64,000 nucleotides of DNA, from contig CM052817.1 of assembly GCA_028534125.1 (NCBI GenBank), forward strand, positions 27,406,001 through 27,470,000. The letters run 5' to 3'. This DNA is from Lama glama (Eukaryota). Shown in pieces: positions 14,050 through 28,606 of this stretch (positions within the stretch are counted from its first letter, which is position 1; every line of letters starts with the position of its first letter). Made by a program: the position numbers and the translations under genes. Under the pieces are notes generated by a model. It did no database searches and was not told where the DNA came from. It saw only the letters and a program-made list of their open reading frames with translations.

Positions 14050-15400
14050 TATGAGTACCTTCAGCCTTCCTAGGTATTGCCAAACTGCTTTCTAAAGTGA
14101 TTATTCCAAGTAGCCTGACCACAGTGTGTGGAAGATCCTATTTCCCCATCACAAACTTGCTGTCAGGCTTCTTAACTTTTACCACCTTCATGGAAGGGAG
14201 ATGGTATTTCATTGCCTTAATTTGCCTCTCCCAACTATTGATGAGGCTGGACGTATTTTCATATCTTTGTTGGACAGTCCAGTTTCACTTCTGTGAATTA
14301 CCTGTTTATTTCCTTTGCCAATTTTCTGATTGAACTGCTTTTCTTTTTTAAATTGATTTTTAAGGATTTTGTAAATATTCTAGATCCTAAATCCTTTATC
14401 AGTCACATGCATTGCAAATGTTTCTCTCAGTCTGTGGCTTGTCTTAGAACTTTTTTATGTCTTTCAACAGTCAATTTTTAACTTTAACATAGTAAATATA
14501 GGAACATTTGTATATGTTTTGGGCTTCTTGTGTCTCATTTAAGAAACCCTTCTCTACTCCAGTTCTATAAAAGTATTTTGTGAAATACTCTCTTAAAATT
14601 TTTTTTTGTAGTTTTGAATTTCACATTTAGATCTTTATTAAGTGAACTATAGCTCTAATGTTTTTTCCCCTTCAAATAGTCTATTTTCCCAGGACCCTGT
14701 ATTAAATATCTCATCCTTTTTCTGATGATTTGTAATGTCACTTCTGTGAGAGACTGTTTTGCAATATCTGAGAGTCTGTTTCTGGATATTTATTCCATTG
14801 CTTTCATCTATTTGTCTATCCCTATGCCAAACCACATTGTTTTAATTACTATGTATTAAGCCTTGATATAGGGAAGGGCAAATTCCTTCCTTTCTCAAAA
14901 TTGTCTTGGCCATTTTGGAAACTTTACTCTTCCATATGAATTTTAGGATAAGCTATAAAATGCCTGTTGGAATTTTAATCAAAACTAAACTTACAGACTA
15001 TAATTTTCTACTTGGCATTGCTAGCACACAAAAATACCACTGATTTTTTTTCATGTTAATCTTAAGCCTAGCAACGTTGCTGGACTGTCTTATTAGTTCT
15101 AATACATTGTTTATCATTTCTCTTCGATTTTCTATGTCATTGATTGTTATCTACAAAAAAAAAATTTCGTCTTTTTCCAATTATGCCTTCATGTTTTCAT
15201 GTCTTATTGTATTGTCAAGATGCCTAGTAAATGGTGATAATGGGCATTCTTATCTCACATGGCTATTTATATAGACAAAAAAATTGGAAAACACCCTAGA
15301 TGTCTAACAGTAGGGAAATAGTAGTGAAAATTATGGTACATTCTTATAATGACATTCTGCCACAGAAAAATAGCATTTTCAAAAACATTTAGTTTCAAGT
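14050..15400 (-). mobile_element. Old L1 fragment, mostly antisense
   Basis: tattgccaaactgctttctaaagtg, ggtatttcattg..ttaatttgc, tccatatgaattttaggat motifs. Confidence 0.7.
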
Positions 15401-16159
15401 TATTAAAATACCCACAATAAAATGATACATAAAAACCATGATATATATATGTATATATATAAAATGATTCAAGTTTTATACGTAAAGTATATAACATAAG
15501 CTTTGTATTGTATATGTAGCTCAAGTTTTCAAGAATTCTAGGATTAGGCTTCCCCTTAATATCCATATAAATCCATGTTCCTTCCTACAGGACTATGGGA
15601 AGTCTGGTCCTCTGCACAGTTATTTATGGTGATCTTTAGCATGTCCTGGTTTTTGTTTTCCACCTTTCCACTGCTGCCCCAGGCTGCTGCTTCTGTCATT
15701 TTTTGCCCGTTTCTTGTATACTTAAGCCCAAACAAGAATATAACTCATCACTCCTGCATTCGTCAAAGACCAGATAACAGAGGAGTCTTGTGGTTTAATA
15801 AACTGAAATACAGCTTAAGGATAGCATAGCCAAATTATAAGGCAAGAAAGAAAAGCATGTATCATTGCTCTTAAAATCCATTGGCCATGCCTGTTCACAG
15901 GAAGCCATATCCTTCCTTCTTCCGTAGCTCCGGCCCTGGGCTGCTGCTGCATTCCGGGACACATTCCTCTCAACTATAATTTACTCTTTCATTCTCTCTC
16001 TCTCCTCCCCTAGGTCCCTGGCACCTTGGAGTGCACCACTGTACCAGAACATGCTAGAGAAATCAGAATCAAGTCAGTTAATATCATGATTTCTCAGCCC
16101 ACAGTAAAGTCAGCCTTAACCTTATTGAACATCTCAGTTAACTTCCCAGTCTACCAAAG

Positions 16160-16360
16160 GAGGACAGACTCTGGAGTTGCAGTGTTCAAACCCCAACTCC
16201 ACCACTTACTCCTTGTGACCTTGAGTAAGCTGTTTATCCTCTGTGCCTTGGTTTCCTTACCTGCATAATGGGGATGGTAATAGAACATAGTGTTATTGTG
16301 AGGATTAAATAGGCCAGTGTGTTTAAAATAGGATATATTCTAATATATAGAAAATGTTAG
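16160..16360 (+). mobile_element. MIR SINE
   Basis: ttcaaaccccaactccaccacttact..tgtgaccttgagtaag..ctctgtgccttggtttccttacctg..aatggg core. Confidence 0.75.
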
Positions 16361-18306
16361 TGGTGTCCATTAGCATTGGGATTATTGTGTGTTAGTAGGA
16401 ACATAGAACAAGTGGTAGGAGTAGAATTACTCTACCGATATTCAAGGCTACAGTAAGAAAAGATCTCTTGCTGAACTTGTATCTCTGTGGCTAGACAGTT
16501 TCACCAGCATAGCTCTTCTGAGAACATAGAGTCTCTTCCCAAAATAAATTCCAGCCTACAGCATTAGGGCCACAAAGAGTTCAGAAATATTCTCAGAGCA
16601 TCCTGAAAAAGAAATATGTACCAACTCAAGAAGAAATAAAATATTCAAATAAATAAATCAACATATCAATAGCAGTTATTTCTGATTCATGGAATTATGA
16701 ATGACTTTATTCTATCTGCACGCTGATATGTGTTTTGCCAATACTGACCATCTATTGCTTTTATAATATGAAAAAAATAACAGTAGAAAATATAGAAACC
16801 TTACTTCTTACATCCATACAAGATAAGACAGTTTATTTAAAATGTATTCGATTACCAAAATTGTACAATGAAATGTAGTCTAGGCTTGAATAAAGAAAGA
16901 AATCATCTGGGTATTCAATCTTGGCAAAGCCTCGCCATCACCGTGTGGCCACGTGGATGCTCTGGGAGTGACCTGTGAGATTTTCAGCTGCAGCCCCTTA
17001 ACACAGATAATCAGAGCTTGGTTCCCATGGGGCAGGCTCAGAGCTTAACATGAACTTGTCGCTGACACCAGACCCTCATCCCCATTTGTGGTTTACACGT
17101 GCAGCATTCATCCTCGCCTTAAAAGTAGGTTGCAAAAATACTCGCATAAAACTTACGTCAGTTGTCTACAACCACAGTGTTGCCACTTTCCAAGTTTATT
17201 ATGACCTTGTATTTACACAGCATAACATACTTCAAGATGGGAAAAAGGATCCAGTTAGAGGTTAATGGCAAATGTCCTCTGCCTTCAGAAATACAAAAAT
17301 TAAGATGAATCAGAGGCTTCTGATTTTAAATCTGCTCTTCTGATCAGATCTGCTCTCCTTGAGAAAACAGCTTTTGGGAGTTTTTCCATACTACTTCTTC
17401 TTGGAAAAAAAGAAAAAGCCAAGTTTCCCTTACTGGATTTTGTCATGGAATAGAATCCTAGGAACATCTAATAACAAAAGCCAACAAAAGGCAAACAAAT
17501 AATAGACTCCCAGAAATCATGGTAATTTGACATAGATGAGTATTTCCCAAAGTGGGTTCCTCAACTGCATTAAACGAAATGCATTTCAGGAAAAGGATTT
17601 CATGGTCAAGTACATGAGGAAAGCACTCCATATCTTTCTTTCTTGGAGATTTTGAATGCATATTAAAGGCCTGAGCAATTTTGCAGTAGTCCATTTGGAT
17701 TTGTTAAACTCACAGTTCCTAAATATATTTCATCAAGAAACTCTATCCCAGACTCTTCTCTGGTGCTTTGGGAAATATTGATTGAACAATTAATACACTT
17801 AGGAAGTCACACAAGTACCTTGATGATATACAGACATTTTTAAAAATTCTGAGACCATTTTAAAATTCATGATGCACAACTACAAGAATGACAACAATAA
17901 AACCAACGGGAAGACGTCTGCAGCTGTGAAAGTAGGGAGTGGAGGCACCTGCAAGGTAGGGGCCAAGGCAGCTGCGGGAATGGCTGGGATTCACAAGCGT
18001 GCTTTATTCAAGTTTTCTTTGAAATTTCCAATGGAAAGTAACCCTTCCATTAGGAATCCTGTCGAGAATATGGTTGAAGTACTCCTCTCTCAGGGCAGGA
18101 TAAATACAACTTTGTGGTATGTCAAGAAACTGAATATCAAAGGAAAGAATAGTGTTCACATTTAACATGTCTTTCTCTCCCCAACCTTCTCCCAGCACTC
18201 AGGAGGGAAAGCTCTGCCACAAGTGGCCAAAGATCTCAAGCACTGCACCATGAGCAAAGACTCCAGGGCGCCGGGGGGCTTTGACTCATCTTAGAATGTG
18301 TGTAAC

Positions 18307-18520
18307 TACTGTGTATAAAATAGATAAACAGCAAGTTTGCACTGCATAGCACAGAGAACTATATTCAATATCTCGCTGTAACCGATAATGAAAAAAACAT
18401 GAAAAGGAGTATCTGTATGCATATGTGTGACTGAAACATGATGCTGTACACCAGAAATTGACACAACATTGTAAACTGACTATACTTCAATTTAAAAAAA
18501 AGTGTAAAAAAGAAAAATTT
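18307..18520 (+). mobile_element. 5'-truncated cetartiodactyl-type L1 3' end
   Basis: gataaacagcaag..tagcacagagaactatattcaatatc..gctgtacaccagaaattgacacaacattgtaaactgactatacttcaat + A tail; near-identical to the copy at 24596-24918; flanked by gtgtgtaac repeats. Confidence 0.8.
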
Positions 18521-19229
18521 TTAAAAGTGTGTAACCACCTTAAGCTGAATTTAGAACAGGCAACTAACATTAGTTAGGATTTTAAAAGTATCATCAGACA
18601 GTCTATTCTGCTACACTAAGTAAAGAACGGACTGCTTTTCAGAGAGCTGGTAAAAGTACAGTCAGGAATTCTGATAGCAGTTGTTTATTTGATCAACTAA
18701 ACCAGATTCTATTCTGGACCTGAGGTGTTTCGAAAGAGTATTGTTTGGTGTTTTGAAAGAGTATTCAACATATGCCATTGTTTTTTCTGTTTGGGTAAAC
18801 CTTTGAGTGGGATAAACTTGCCCTTGTCTAACTTCTTAGATTATCTGTATAAAAAAAAAAAAGTAAGGTGAGGAAATATCTTTTGCTTCAATGAATCATT
18901 TAATTCAACACTTGTAGTTTCGGTAAAACATTTGCAGTGGTTCCTAGCTTCAGTGTCGTTGATCTTCACCCTCTGGTGTAGAATTTAAGAATTCTCTTTG
19001 ACTCTTTGAACCAGTATGTGACTCAGTATACTTCTCTGTGATTCACAGAAAAAAAGCATGAGTAACGTAACTGAGGAGACTCACTTGAGCAACCTCACTG
19101 TCCCACTTTCTCTAATATCTCTCAGAAATGAGTCTCAATAAAAACACTGAGACTACTAAGAGTGTTCAGGTTATTGTTGTATCTTCTGCTGCCCATCATA
19201 AAAGACAACTCAAGGATGGGGAACCTTGA

Positions 19230-19751
19230 ATTCACCGTCTCACAGGAAAACCTGTGGCCTTCCCAACATCGATTCTAGAGCAGTCATGTTTTCAGGTGGG
19301 ATTAATCCCTTCATTAGCTTCAGGGATCAAGTCTCACTGCTGTTATCCCTCAGGATAACCCCACCCCCTCACCATAGATACTGTTTTAGGTGATCCAGCT
19401 TTAAGCCAACTAATGGTCCAATCAGCAGGAATCTCAGAACTCCCGTTAGAGAGTTGAGGGAAGGCTCTGTCTTTCTCTGGATCAGAAAGAGGAAGCATGT
19501 GGACCTAATTATACTGACAGGTCTCTTATAACATCGCAGGGCCCTCCCTTAGGGTGAAGTCCACTCTGCAGATGACAGATGTAAAGAAAAAGGTGGAAGA
19601 AACAGAGTCCACGATAACACCATTGAGCTCCAGATGAACTAGTTCTAGAACTCACACCACTGCAGTTCCATAAAACCTATAAATTCCCTTATTATTTAAC
19701 CCAGTGTGAGTTGATTTTGCTATTACTTGGAATGGAAAGCTTTCTAATACA
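19230..19751 (+). mobile_element. MLT1-type (MaLR) LTR remnant
   Basis: 3' end ataaattcccttattatttaacccagtgtgagttgattttgctattacttg..ctaataca typical of MLT1. Confidence 0.55.
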
Positions 19752-22546
19752 GGCAGAAAGACTAGGCTGTGACACAGCCTTAAAATCACATTAAAATGAG
19801 TATAGGTGCTTATAGTTCTATCTCTGATAGTACTTGGGGTTTAAAAAAGTATATTATGCTTATTTTAAAGTCAAAATTTAATAGAATCCATAGTTTTTCC
19901 CAGTAATACATCCCATGCTTTTAATATCATTGGTTTGCCTTTCTTCTTTATTCGTCTTCAACACCAACCTCCTGACTTTCCCATTTAGGGGGAAACAAAA
20001 ACAAGAGGAAGAAGTCTGACATCTCTTTTTAAGTCAATGCAGTTACTCAACTCATAAAAATTCTAGAAAGTTGGCTTTAGTCACAGGGTTTGGCCGCTCT
20101 CCTGTTTATAAGGTGCCTACAGACACAATGAAGTTACTCCTCAGGCTAACCGCGTAAAGGGAAACACATGTGTCCCAGCACAATTTTGTTAAAAAAAAAA
20201 CAAAAACAAAAACAAAAAGATGACCAAGTGTAATCAAATTCAAATCCATTGTGTTCCCCCTCCCCAACATACACACACATCTGACATTGTATTTCTTTGA
20301 TTTTTCTAAAAACCCTATCACCGCCTGTATTGGCCTTTCCTGGAGACAGAAGGCTAACTGGTATGGGGAAAGATTACAATATTAAATATTCAAATATTGA
20401 AGCCTGGGGCTGAGAGGCCTCTAAAGATAGGTTTCTCCTGAGTCCTTTGGAAAGTACACTCTAGTTTTCCTTCCTCAACCCACAAGGCAAACTTCCAATT
20501 GACAGTATTTGGACCAAGCACCAGAAAAATGAATTGCATGTGTAAGAGAACCCGTAAATACTTAACCCAGAAGATATTTATACTATTAATTTCAGAGCCA
20601 AGGTGATTCCCACTGCTGGGGTCAGTGAGTAGGCTAAAGGGCAGAGGTAGCAAGAGGTTAAAAGACTGATTTCTACTTGGTGACAAACCTCGTTTGATTG
20701 TCTTAAGTGTGTCTGGCTTCTAGAGTGTGCTTTTATTTCAGATGATTATGAATGTTCCAGGCGGGCTCATTGCAGCCACCTGGCTTAAGGACTGTAAGGC
20801 ACTTCGGAAATCAAATTTCAGGAGAGAAGATTGGTTCGAGAAACAATGAACAAGGAGAAATCGTCTCTTTGCAGAGCTGCTGTGTGTCAAAGTTTATCCT
20901 CATTATATTATGGTAGGAAGAAAAGAACAAATTAAGACATTTAACTGCTTGAAATTTGAGACCCAATTGCATTTAACACAGTAAATCTTGTTACCGGACC
21001 TGTGGGCTTACCTTTTGCCTGTGTGAAGTCTGGTGTGTGTTGGCAAATAACATTTTTTAAAAATCATGGGAGGGATCTAGCCTAAGTGGATAATCGCAGC
21101 TACACATTCTCTGCTATGTAAGAGAAGATCCTGTAGGCTCCCAACATTTTTTAAATTAGATCAGAAGTGCTTAAAAAGAAGAAGACCTCAAAAATAAACT
21201 TCTTATTTTCCCACCGTTGCTAGCACCAGCATGCTTTAAATTAATAGCAGTTGTATAGCTGCACAAGTTCTAATTTTTTATTATAAGGAATCATTCACAT
21301 ACTTAAACTATTCTTTCAAATTGGCTCCCATAATGAAAGAACCATTAAGGGCTCAGTGATGTTCCAAGACCTTGTCCCAAAAAAGAGAGAGAGAGAAAAC
21401 TGGCTCCTTTTCTTTGGCCAGTAACCCACGTTTTAATTGAATTTTGATGGGATGATGGATGTTGTACTGTATTCCAAGTCTATATGCTAAATTAACAAGG
21501 CTGTCTGCTCAGTTTCCTCTTCTGAAGACACACTGAGATGAGTTTCTGCGAATTCTCCTGCATAAAGCATGATGTGGATGTCTCAAATTCTTGTTTGGTG
21601 TCTGGAGTGGCCGTTTTCTCCACGCTGGTGCTGTGCTGGAGCGCACAACATCTGGTCTGAGGGAGAATTCCTTGCTGAATCATGTTCAATCAGCCAGGAA
21701 GAATATATTCCCATATTTCAAAGGCATCCACTAAAGCAGTCAAAATTTTGCAACAATATTTTAAAAGACTTATTTGTGCAACTGTATACAGGAACAACAT
21801 GTCTCCAATGGTGAGTGCAGGTGGTTCGTATTTGTCCATAAAATAATAGTGATAAATGGAGTGATCAAGAGAAAGAGGTAATTTCAGCAAATTCTGGCAC
21901 ATAATTGTTCATTTACTTTTCTTGCTGTGTGCTTTTAGAAAACTTAGGGGTTAAACTCTATAACTAATTTTCCTTTTTACTCTGAAGAGTTTCAAAGCCA
22001 CAGTCTAGACCCATTTCTAGACCCATTCTCTAGAAATATGAGGGCTCAGGAGGGGAGATTATTAAATTTTGCTATTTGGAGTTTTGAATCTTTTTTTTTC
22101 AACATTTTGCCATATGGTTATTTTACTTTAAAAATTTAAAGTATTTTAACTTAAAATATTCTGGATGCAATAGATCTGCTCAACTGTAAAATAAAATACA
22201 AATTTATTCATCATTCTGGTGCCAAAAAAATAGCATGCCAAATGGCAACTCTCTACCTTTTGCAGACTGGAGGGGCCAGATTCACTGTTCTCCACTTGGG
22301 AAGCCCAAACAACGTAGTCCGGACTTGAGGCACGGCTGCTGCAAAACCACCAGGTGGCCATAGACAGACACAGGCCCAGGATGTGGGGATGCTCTAGACG
22401 AAACTGAGCCCAGGGATCCTAAGAACAAGTTCTAAACTTCAGGCAAACTCCTCATGTCTATCTTGGTCCAAATCTCATCCCTTGAAATAGATCAGCCACT
22501 AAGAGTTTTTGCAACCCATTTATCCCCTTTTTCTGTGATACTTTTC

Positions 22547-23003
22547 TCTTATGGGTTGAATTACGTCCCTCCCAAATTTATATGTTGAATTCCTAATGCC
22601 CAGTACCTAAGAATGGGACTTTGGAAATGAGGTGATTGCAGATGTAGTTAGTTAAGTTGAGGTCATATTGTAGTAGGTTGGATTCTTGATTCAATCTGAT
22701 TGCTGTCTTCATAAAAAGGGGAAATTTGGACACAGACATATGCACTCAGAGAGAACACATTGTGAAGGTGAAGGCAGAGATTGAGATGATGCTTCTAAGG
22801 ATCGTCAAAACTTGCTAGCAAAGCACTAGAAGCTAGGGGAAGGCATGAAACAGATTCTCTCTCATGGCTAATACAATTAACCAATCCTGCCAACATCTTG
22901 ATCTCAGACTCCTAACCACCAAAACTGTGAGACAATAAATTTCTGTTTTTCAAGCCACCCAGTGTGTGGTACTTTACGATGGCAGCCCTCGCAAATTAAT
23001 ACA
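22547..23003 (+). mobile_element. MLT1 (MaLR) solo LTR
   Basis: tatgggttgaatt..ccctcccaaatttatatgttgaa start; aactgtgagacaataaatttctg..aagccacccagt..ggcagccct..taataca end. Confidence 0.85.
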
Positions 23004-24595
23004 CTAACCCAAGCTCTTTCATTCAAGTGCCCCAATAGAACCATGAGTACTCCAAGGTCAAATGCAGATGTCAGGCTTGTCTATCTTTAGCGACAAGCCA
23101 ATCCGTCATGTTTGGGGTGGAGGAAAAAGATAAAACTATATGACCAGAAAGCCAAAGTTTCCCTCTATTCTTGAAGATAGAGCTCTTATTGACATTTAAT
23201 TGAAAATACTGAACAAAACCTCACTAGTGGCTAATGTTTGCATATTGCAACAGAGATCACATAAATCACATCTTCTCTGGGCAGTTATCTTCCTCAAGTG
23301 TGTGATGACTGGCTTAGACAAAATAATTATTAAGGTCTCTTCTACCTCTGTATTTTATTAATTAGTATAATGTTACTTTTAATTATAAAATAATACTCTA
23401 AATGCAAAAAATAATTCAGAAACCTTAAAAAAATGAAGCTCACACATATTTCTGGCACCCAGAGAAACCACTCTTTGGAATATAGCCTGCATCTTAATTT
23501 AATAAACTGATACATGAGATGTTTATTTGCATTCAACATACTTTCAAAAAGGACTTGAGGTGGTTTCCCATAAATACCTACTATTTAAAAGGACTGCTGA
23601 AATTAGGCTAAAAGTAGAAGGGCTTTGTAATGAACACAAGGACCTCTTTCAGAATGGCTCAGGGTGATCACCAACATGTATTCCAAGATGGTGGGCTTTG
23701 TCTGTTTGTCTACCTCTATATCCTTTGGTGGCTACCCCAGGTTTCTTGCAGAAATTTCCCTAAAATGGGACCAAGAACCAGAGGCAATTATTTGAAGATC
23801 TTTGAAGATGATAAGCTATATAAGGAAACTGGTCTACCTAGCATTTTCCAGGCATCTTATGGCAGTCAACTAGGGGCAGTGATTGCCGGCAGTGACCACG
23901 ATTACAAGGTCTGCACACCCTGGAAGCCACTCGTCTTTGAGGCTTATTTGATCTTCCAGAATAGATGAAGATATTCCCAGCACCGTGTCTCATTGTAACA
24001 AATATATTCAAGCTGTTTTCAGAGTACTTAGACGCTACTAGCAGTCTCTGTGAAATAAACAATGTAGTGAATTTTGGGGGTTAGCTTTCCTATCTAGCCT
24101 GATGTTTACAACTGTTCAGAATCAAAGCTGCTGGCTTAATGCTAAATGAGTTCCACTACCGCCCTCAAATTAGTGGATAACTATGATTTCAGAAAACCAA
24201 AATGGACTTGAGTTTTGGTCCTAATTTGTCATTGAAAATTGTACTTTGTCTCCAATAAACCATGAACTTTTTTCTCTTACCAAATATTGACTGAAATATT
24301 AAGTGGTATGTTTATTGGAACTGAGTACCTAGTGAATAATGATTTCTTCCACTAGTTACACTGTCTATCAAGATTAAGTTTAGTTTCATCCACCTGCTCC
24401 TTATGTACTGAGTATCTATTATGTGCTAAACAATGGGGATACAAAGTGAAATGAGATAAACATGGTTCTTCTCCTGAAAAGCCTACAGGCTAGTGGCAGA
24501 GCTAGATTAATAATAACAGATCAGTATGATAAGGTTATTATAGGGGAAGGGTGACAGTGTATAACACATAGTATAAGCGCACTAAAAATTTGATG

Positions 24596-24918
24596 GAACT
24601 TATTTACAAAACAGAAAAAAACCCATAGACACAGAAAACAAACATGGTTACCAAGGTGGGCAGGGAGTAGGAAGGGATAAATTGGGATTTGCAGATTTGC
24701 AGATACTAACTAATATGTATGAAATAGATAAATGACAAGTTCATATTGTATAGCACAAGGAACTATATTCAATATCTTGTAGTAACATGATGAAAAAGAA
24801 TATGAAAATGAATATATATATATGTTCATGTATGACTGAAGCATTGGGCTGTACACCAGAAATTGACACAACATTGCAAACTGACTATACTTCAATAAAT
24901 ATATATATACAAAAAATT
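24596..24918 (+). mobile_element. 5'-truncated L1 3' end with target-site duplication
   Basis: Same L1 3' UTR as 18307-18520; flanked by aaaatttgatg at 24585-24595 and 24919-24929. Confidence 0.85.
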
Positions 24919-24929
24919 AAAATTTGATG

Positions 24930-26790
24930 AATGAAAGATTAATGAATTGTATGGGAGCACATGAATTGTAAGGGATGACCACAGGAGAAAGTATTTTAGG
25001 TAGAAAAAAGAATAAATAAAAAAGCAAGGAGTCAAGAAGCAAAAATGACACCCTGGAGAAATTGAAACAAATCGAAGATGATTGAAGTGGAGAGTTGTAT
25101 AAGATAAGGCTAGAAAATAGCAAGGACCAGAGCCTGCTGAAATTGGGAAGCAATGTTGAGGTGGGTGGATTTTATCCTAAAAACAACAGGTATCCATGGG
25201 AGGGTTTTAGGTAGCTGGCAAAGAATGTAACCATTGTTGCATTTTAGATAATCCTTCTTGATCCAGGAGGAATCTAGTAATAGTGAAAGGGATGATGGTC
25301 ATCTGGACTGGAACATGGCATATGGGAAAAAAATACTTAAGAGGTACAATTAAAGAGGCTGAGAACGAGAAGTGGAGGATGAGCAGAGAAGTGAAAGGTG
25401 ATCTCTGGTGTCTGGGGAGATGGTGTTGCAGTTACCTACACTGCTGTCTAACAAACCACTCCACATTTAGTGGCTGAACAAGTAACTTGTTATTTCTCAT
25501 GATTCTGTCAGTTGATGGTGCTCAGCCAGGTGGTTCTTCTGCTGACTTGGCTCATGCCCTCTCATGTGTTTGCAGTCAGATGGCGGCTTGGGCTAGAACA
25601 AACACGATGGCTTCAATCACCTGTCCGAGGCCTTGGTGCAGTCGGCTGGGAGACTGGCTCAGCGGGGGTGTTGGGACAGTCGGGCCTCTCTCTCCTTTCC
25701 ATGTGAACTCAGTGCCTCACTGCTTCCATGAAGACTCTCCAGGGGAGGAGCTGGACATCTTAGGTAGTAGCTCAAAGCTCCCAGATATGCTAAGATGGAG
25801 GTTTCCAGGGCCATGTCTCACTTCTGCCACATTCAATTGGTTAAAGTAGATCACAGAGCCGGGCAGACTCAATGTGGGAGGGTCTAAACATGAGTATGAC
25901 TATGGGGACGCCTGATTCTTTGGGGCCAACTTTGGAGAACAGCTAAAACATAGGGTGATACCATTCACTGTGGATAGAAAAACTGGAGGAGGAACAGGTT
26001 TGAGGGGAGGAGAGCTTTTACACTGAATTTTGGATAGCAGGAGCTTGAGATGCATATAAGACATGCAATAGGTAGTTAGGGGTCTTTAACTTAGGAGGGA
26101 AGACTGGGCTAGAGAGTCCTCGTCATATGGTAGTTGAGACAGGAAGGCTGACTACAATGATAGGAGAAGAGAACCCGGGTTAGAAAACTAAGAAACTCCA
26201 ATATTTAAAGACTGAGAAGAAGAACCTTAAAGGCAGAGAGAGAAGATAAAGTCAAAGAGTAGCAGGAAAATTGAGTGCTTTGAGTTGCCTCATCCAAGGA
26301 AGTCTGACAGAGTCAGATGCCTCCAAAGAGGCTGCCAGTTAGAACAAGCTAGGTGATGAGAATAAGAATTGCTGCAGTAACAACTAGTCCCCCAAACCAC
26401 GGTGGTTTATACCACAAGTTCATTTCCGCCTCACATGAAGTTGGCTGCACGACTCCAAGGAAGCTCTCCCTGAAGGGCGACCCAAGGGTCCAGGCTAATT
26501 CCCCCCTGAGTCTCTGCCACCTTAGGCTGAGTCCTCACAGCAGAGTGAGCGAGAGCATGAAGTGACATACATCACTTTTCCGTAGAAGTTTTGGCCAGAA
26601 GTAGGTTTCAAACAAATTACAGGGAAGATTGGAAAATGGAGTCCTCCTGTACACCCAGGAAGAATAAAATAAAATAGAACCTAGTGAATACGTAACGTTA
26701 TCTTTGCTACAAAGATCAAGCAGGGTGAGGACTGAAAAGTGCCTTGGATAGAATAACATGATCATCTTTGTATCCTGAGCTGCTCACTAT
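24930..26790. mobile_element. L2 fragments interrupted by antisense MLT1-type LTRs (~25425-25950, ~26335-26710)
   Basis: Purine-rich L2-like text (ggattttatcctaa, ggaggaggaacaggtttgagggg) with inserted ctgctgtctaacaaaccactcc..tagtggct MLT1 antisense start. Confidence 0.55.
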
Positions 26791-28009
26791 GATGGGACCT
26801 CAAAAAAATGTTTATTGAGCTGCTTAAGGACCTACTGCATGTTTAAGGGTGTCCAAACTCATTCCAAAATAGTCCCTAACAATTCTTCTAGACCTAAGGA
26901 CCTTGACTTTTAATAACTAGCCTTCCTAGTCTATATAATAACACCCACCAAAAAAAAAAAAGTGAAACATCTGTCAGGTGTCTTCCAACATGGTAAAAGC
27001 CAATTTGGATGAGTGTATTGTCCGTCTGTCTGACTTTGCCTTTTCAGATAGTCAAAAATATGAATCAGCGGAGACAGTGACTGTGTGTGGGGGCTCTAGT
27101 CTAAGCCAGAACCTTTAATTGCATTGTCTTCTCTTATAACATGTAATTAGAAATGACTGTTTCCTACCAGTCTGAATTACAAGATGATTATTTCCCTTGA
27201 ACATTCACTGGCTGCTTGGCATTGCAAGACTGTGGTATTATTTTTTTTTAAAATACACTAATTATTGGAGAAAGCGGCCAATAAGGAGCAATTTTCCAGC
27301 ATTCAGGGGCAATTTATTCGCAAGGAAGAGGCCAAGTAAGAGGGACTAAAGGTTCCATGAAACCCCCCTTAACAAGTTTTTGAGAGGGTGTCCTGGGAAT
27401 ATTGGATATCCACTGTCCAAAAAAGCTCCTTTTCAAACCAGCTTTCCTCTTTATGACTTAACTAACCAAGAATATAAAGCTAATACAAGGTAAGGTAGTG
27501 ATAAACAAGAAAGAATATTTTACTTCCAACAGGAAGAAATGATCAATCAGTACTGATTAGAGGTGAGACCACTCCCTTCACCAGGGAGAAAGAATTTCAG
27601 TCCTCAGTAAATGAAAAGGAAAGGGGCCTGGAGAAAACCAGCCTGAGGAAGTATTTTAGAACGGTGGGTAAACATCACGTTGCCTTGTAGGCACCATGTC
27701 CCTTAATGATGGGAAAGGATCAACTATTTTGAAAACATTAATGTGGAGAGTAAAGAAGTATTCAGATGACAGTTCTGCTCTCCCTCTGGCAAAAATCAAT
27801 CTAAGTTAGAAAAATGATGCGGGGAAACTTTTCACAGGACAAATTCTTCATAGTTACAACTAAGAATTATTGCCACTAATGATATAATGCCTTCTGCTGC
27901 CTTTGCTACACATCTCCAAGGAAGAAAGTTGAGTTAAAAGCTTATAATTCCAACATTTTTGTTTAATTCTCTGTACAATACATTCAAGTTCCAAAAGACA
28001 GTATGGTTC

Positions 28010-28606
28010 CATAAACATGGCAATTTCTTTGACATCGGTCTCTGAGCAGGTGGGGACTAGGAGGGGCTGGTCTGCACAGTAAAAGTGGTTGGGTTCACTG
28101 GGTCCACAGAAAGACAGGTGAAGCATCAGGATGCTCTGTGCAGATCCCTTGCCAAGCCATATACATAAGAAGCAGCAACCAGAGAGCGGCAGACACATCT
28201 GCACATTTTGTTGCTATATAACAAGGGCTTGCAGGTGGCTGAGTGGTGGTGATAATCTACCACTGCAGGCATGTAATAATTTGTGATTACTGGCGCAATG
28301 AAAATGTGGAATTGTAAAAAAGCAACCAATGAGGGATATGGTTTTTCTCTAGGGTAAGAAATGAACCAAGATCTTAGGAGTGACGTTAGTGCCATAACAG
28401 AAATCTTCAAAGGTGGGGCAACTGAGGAAGCAGTACTTTGGGAGTTTTGAGTCACTTCTGATTAACAAAATCATGCTTACCTTGTTGATTCCTGTGATAA
28501 GGTAGATGACTAGGAATACAACAAAAAGGACAAGCCACAACTCGGCTCCCTCTGTCAGTCCCAGGAGAATAAACTCAGTCACGGCTGTATAGTTTGTCTT
28601 TAACAT
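28010..28606 (-). pseudogene. Olfactory receptor pseudogene, family 5 (OR5M-like), 3'-truncated
   Basis: ATG at 28606: MLKTNYTAVTEFILLGLT..LFVVFLVIYLIT..; degenerate PMYFFL (PKYCFLS), TNVTPK, TAG stop at 28349-28351, KTIS..GC, decayed MAYDRY..CKPLLY, SFCG..NHFYCADQPLL..CSET; spread over three reading frames; homology lost near 28010. Confidence 0.92.

Noticed and set aside
22004..22027. Short tandem duplications (tctagacccatt x2; similar at ~18724-18765 and ~29566-29592)
   Set aside because: Ordinary slippage duplications; no spacer array, not CRISPR-like
27200..28009. Possible ERV internal sequence implying retroviral capture of the OR fragment
   Set aside because: No matching second LTR, primer-binding site or gag/pol/env motif could be identified
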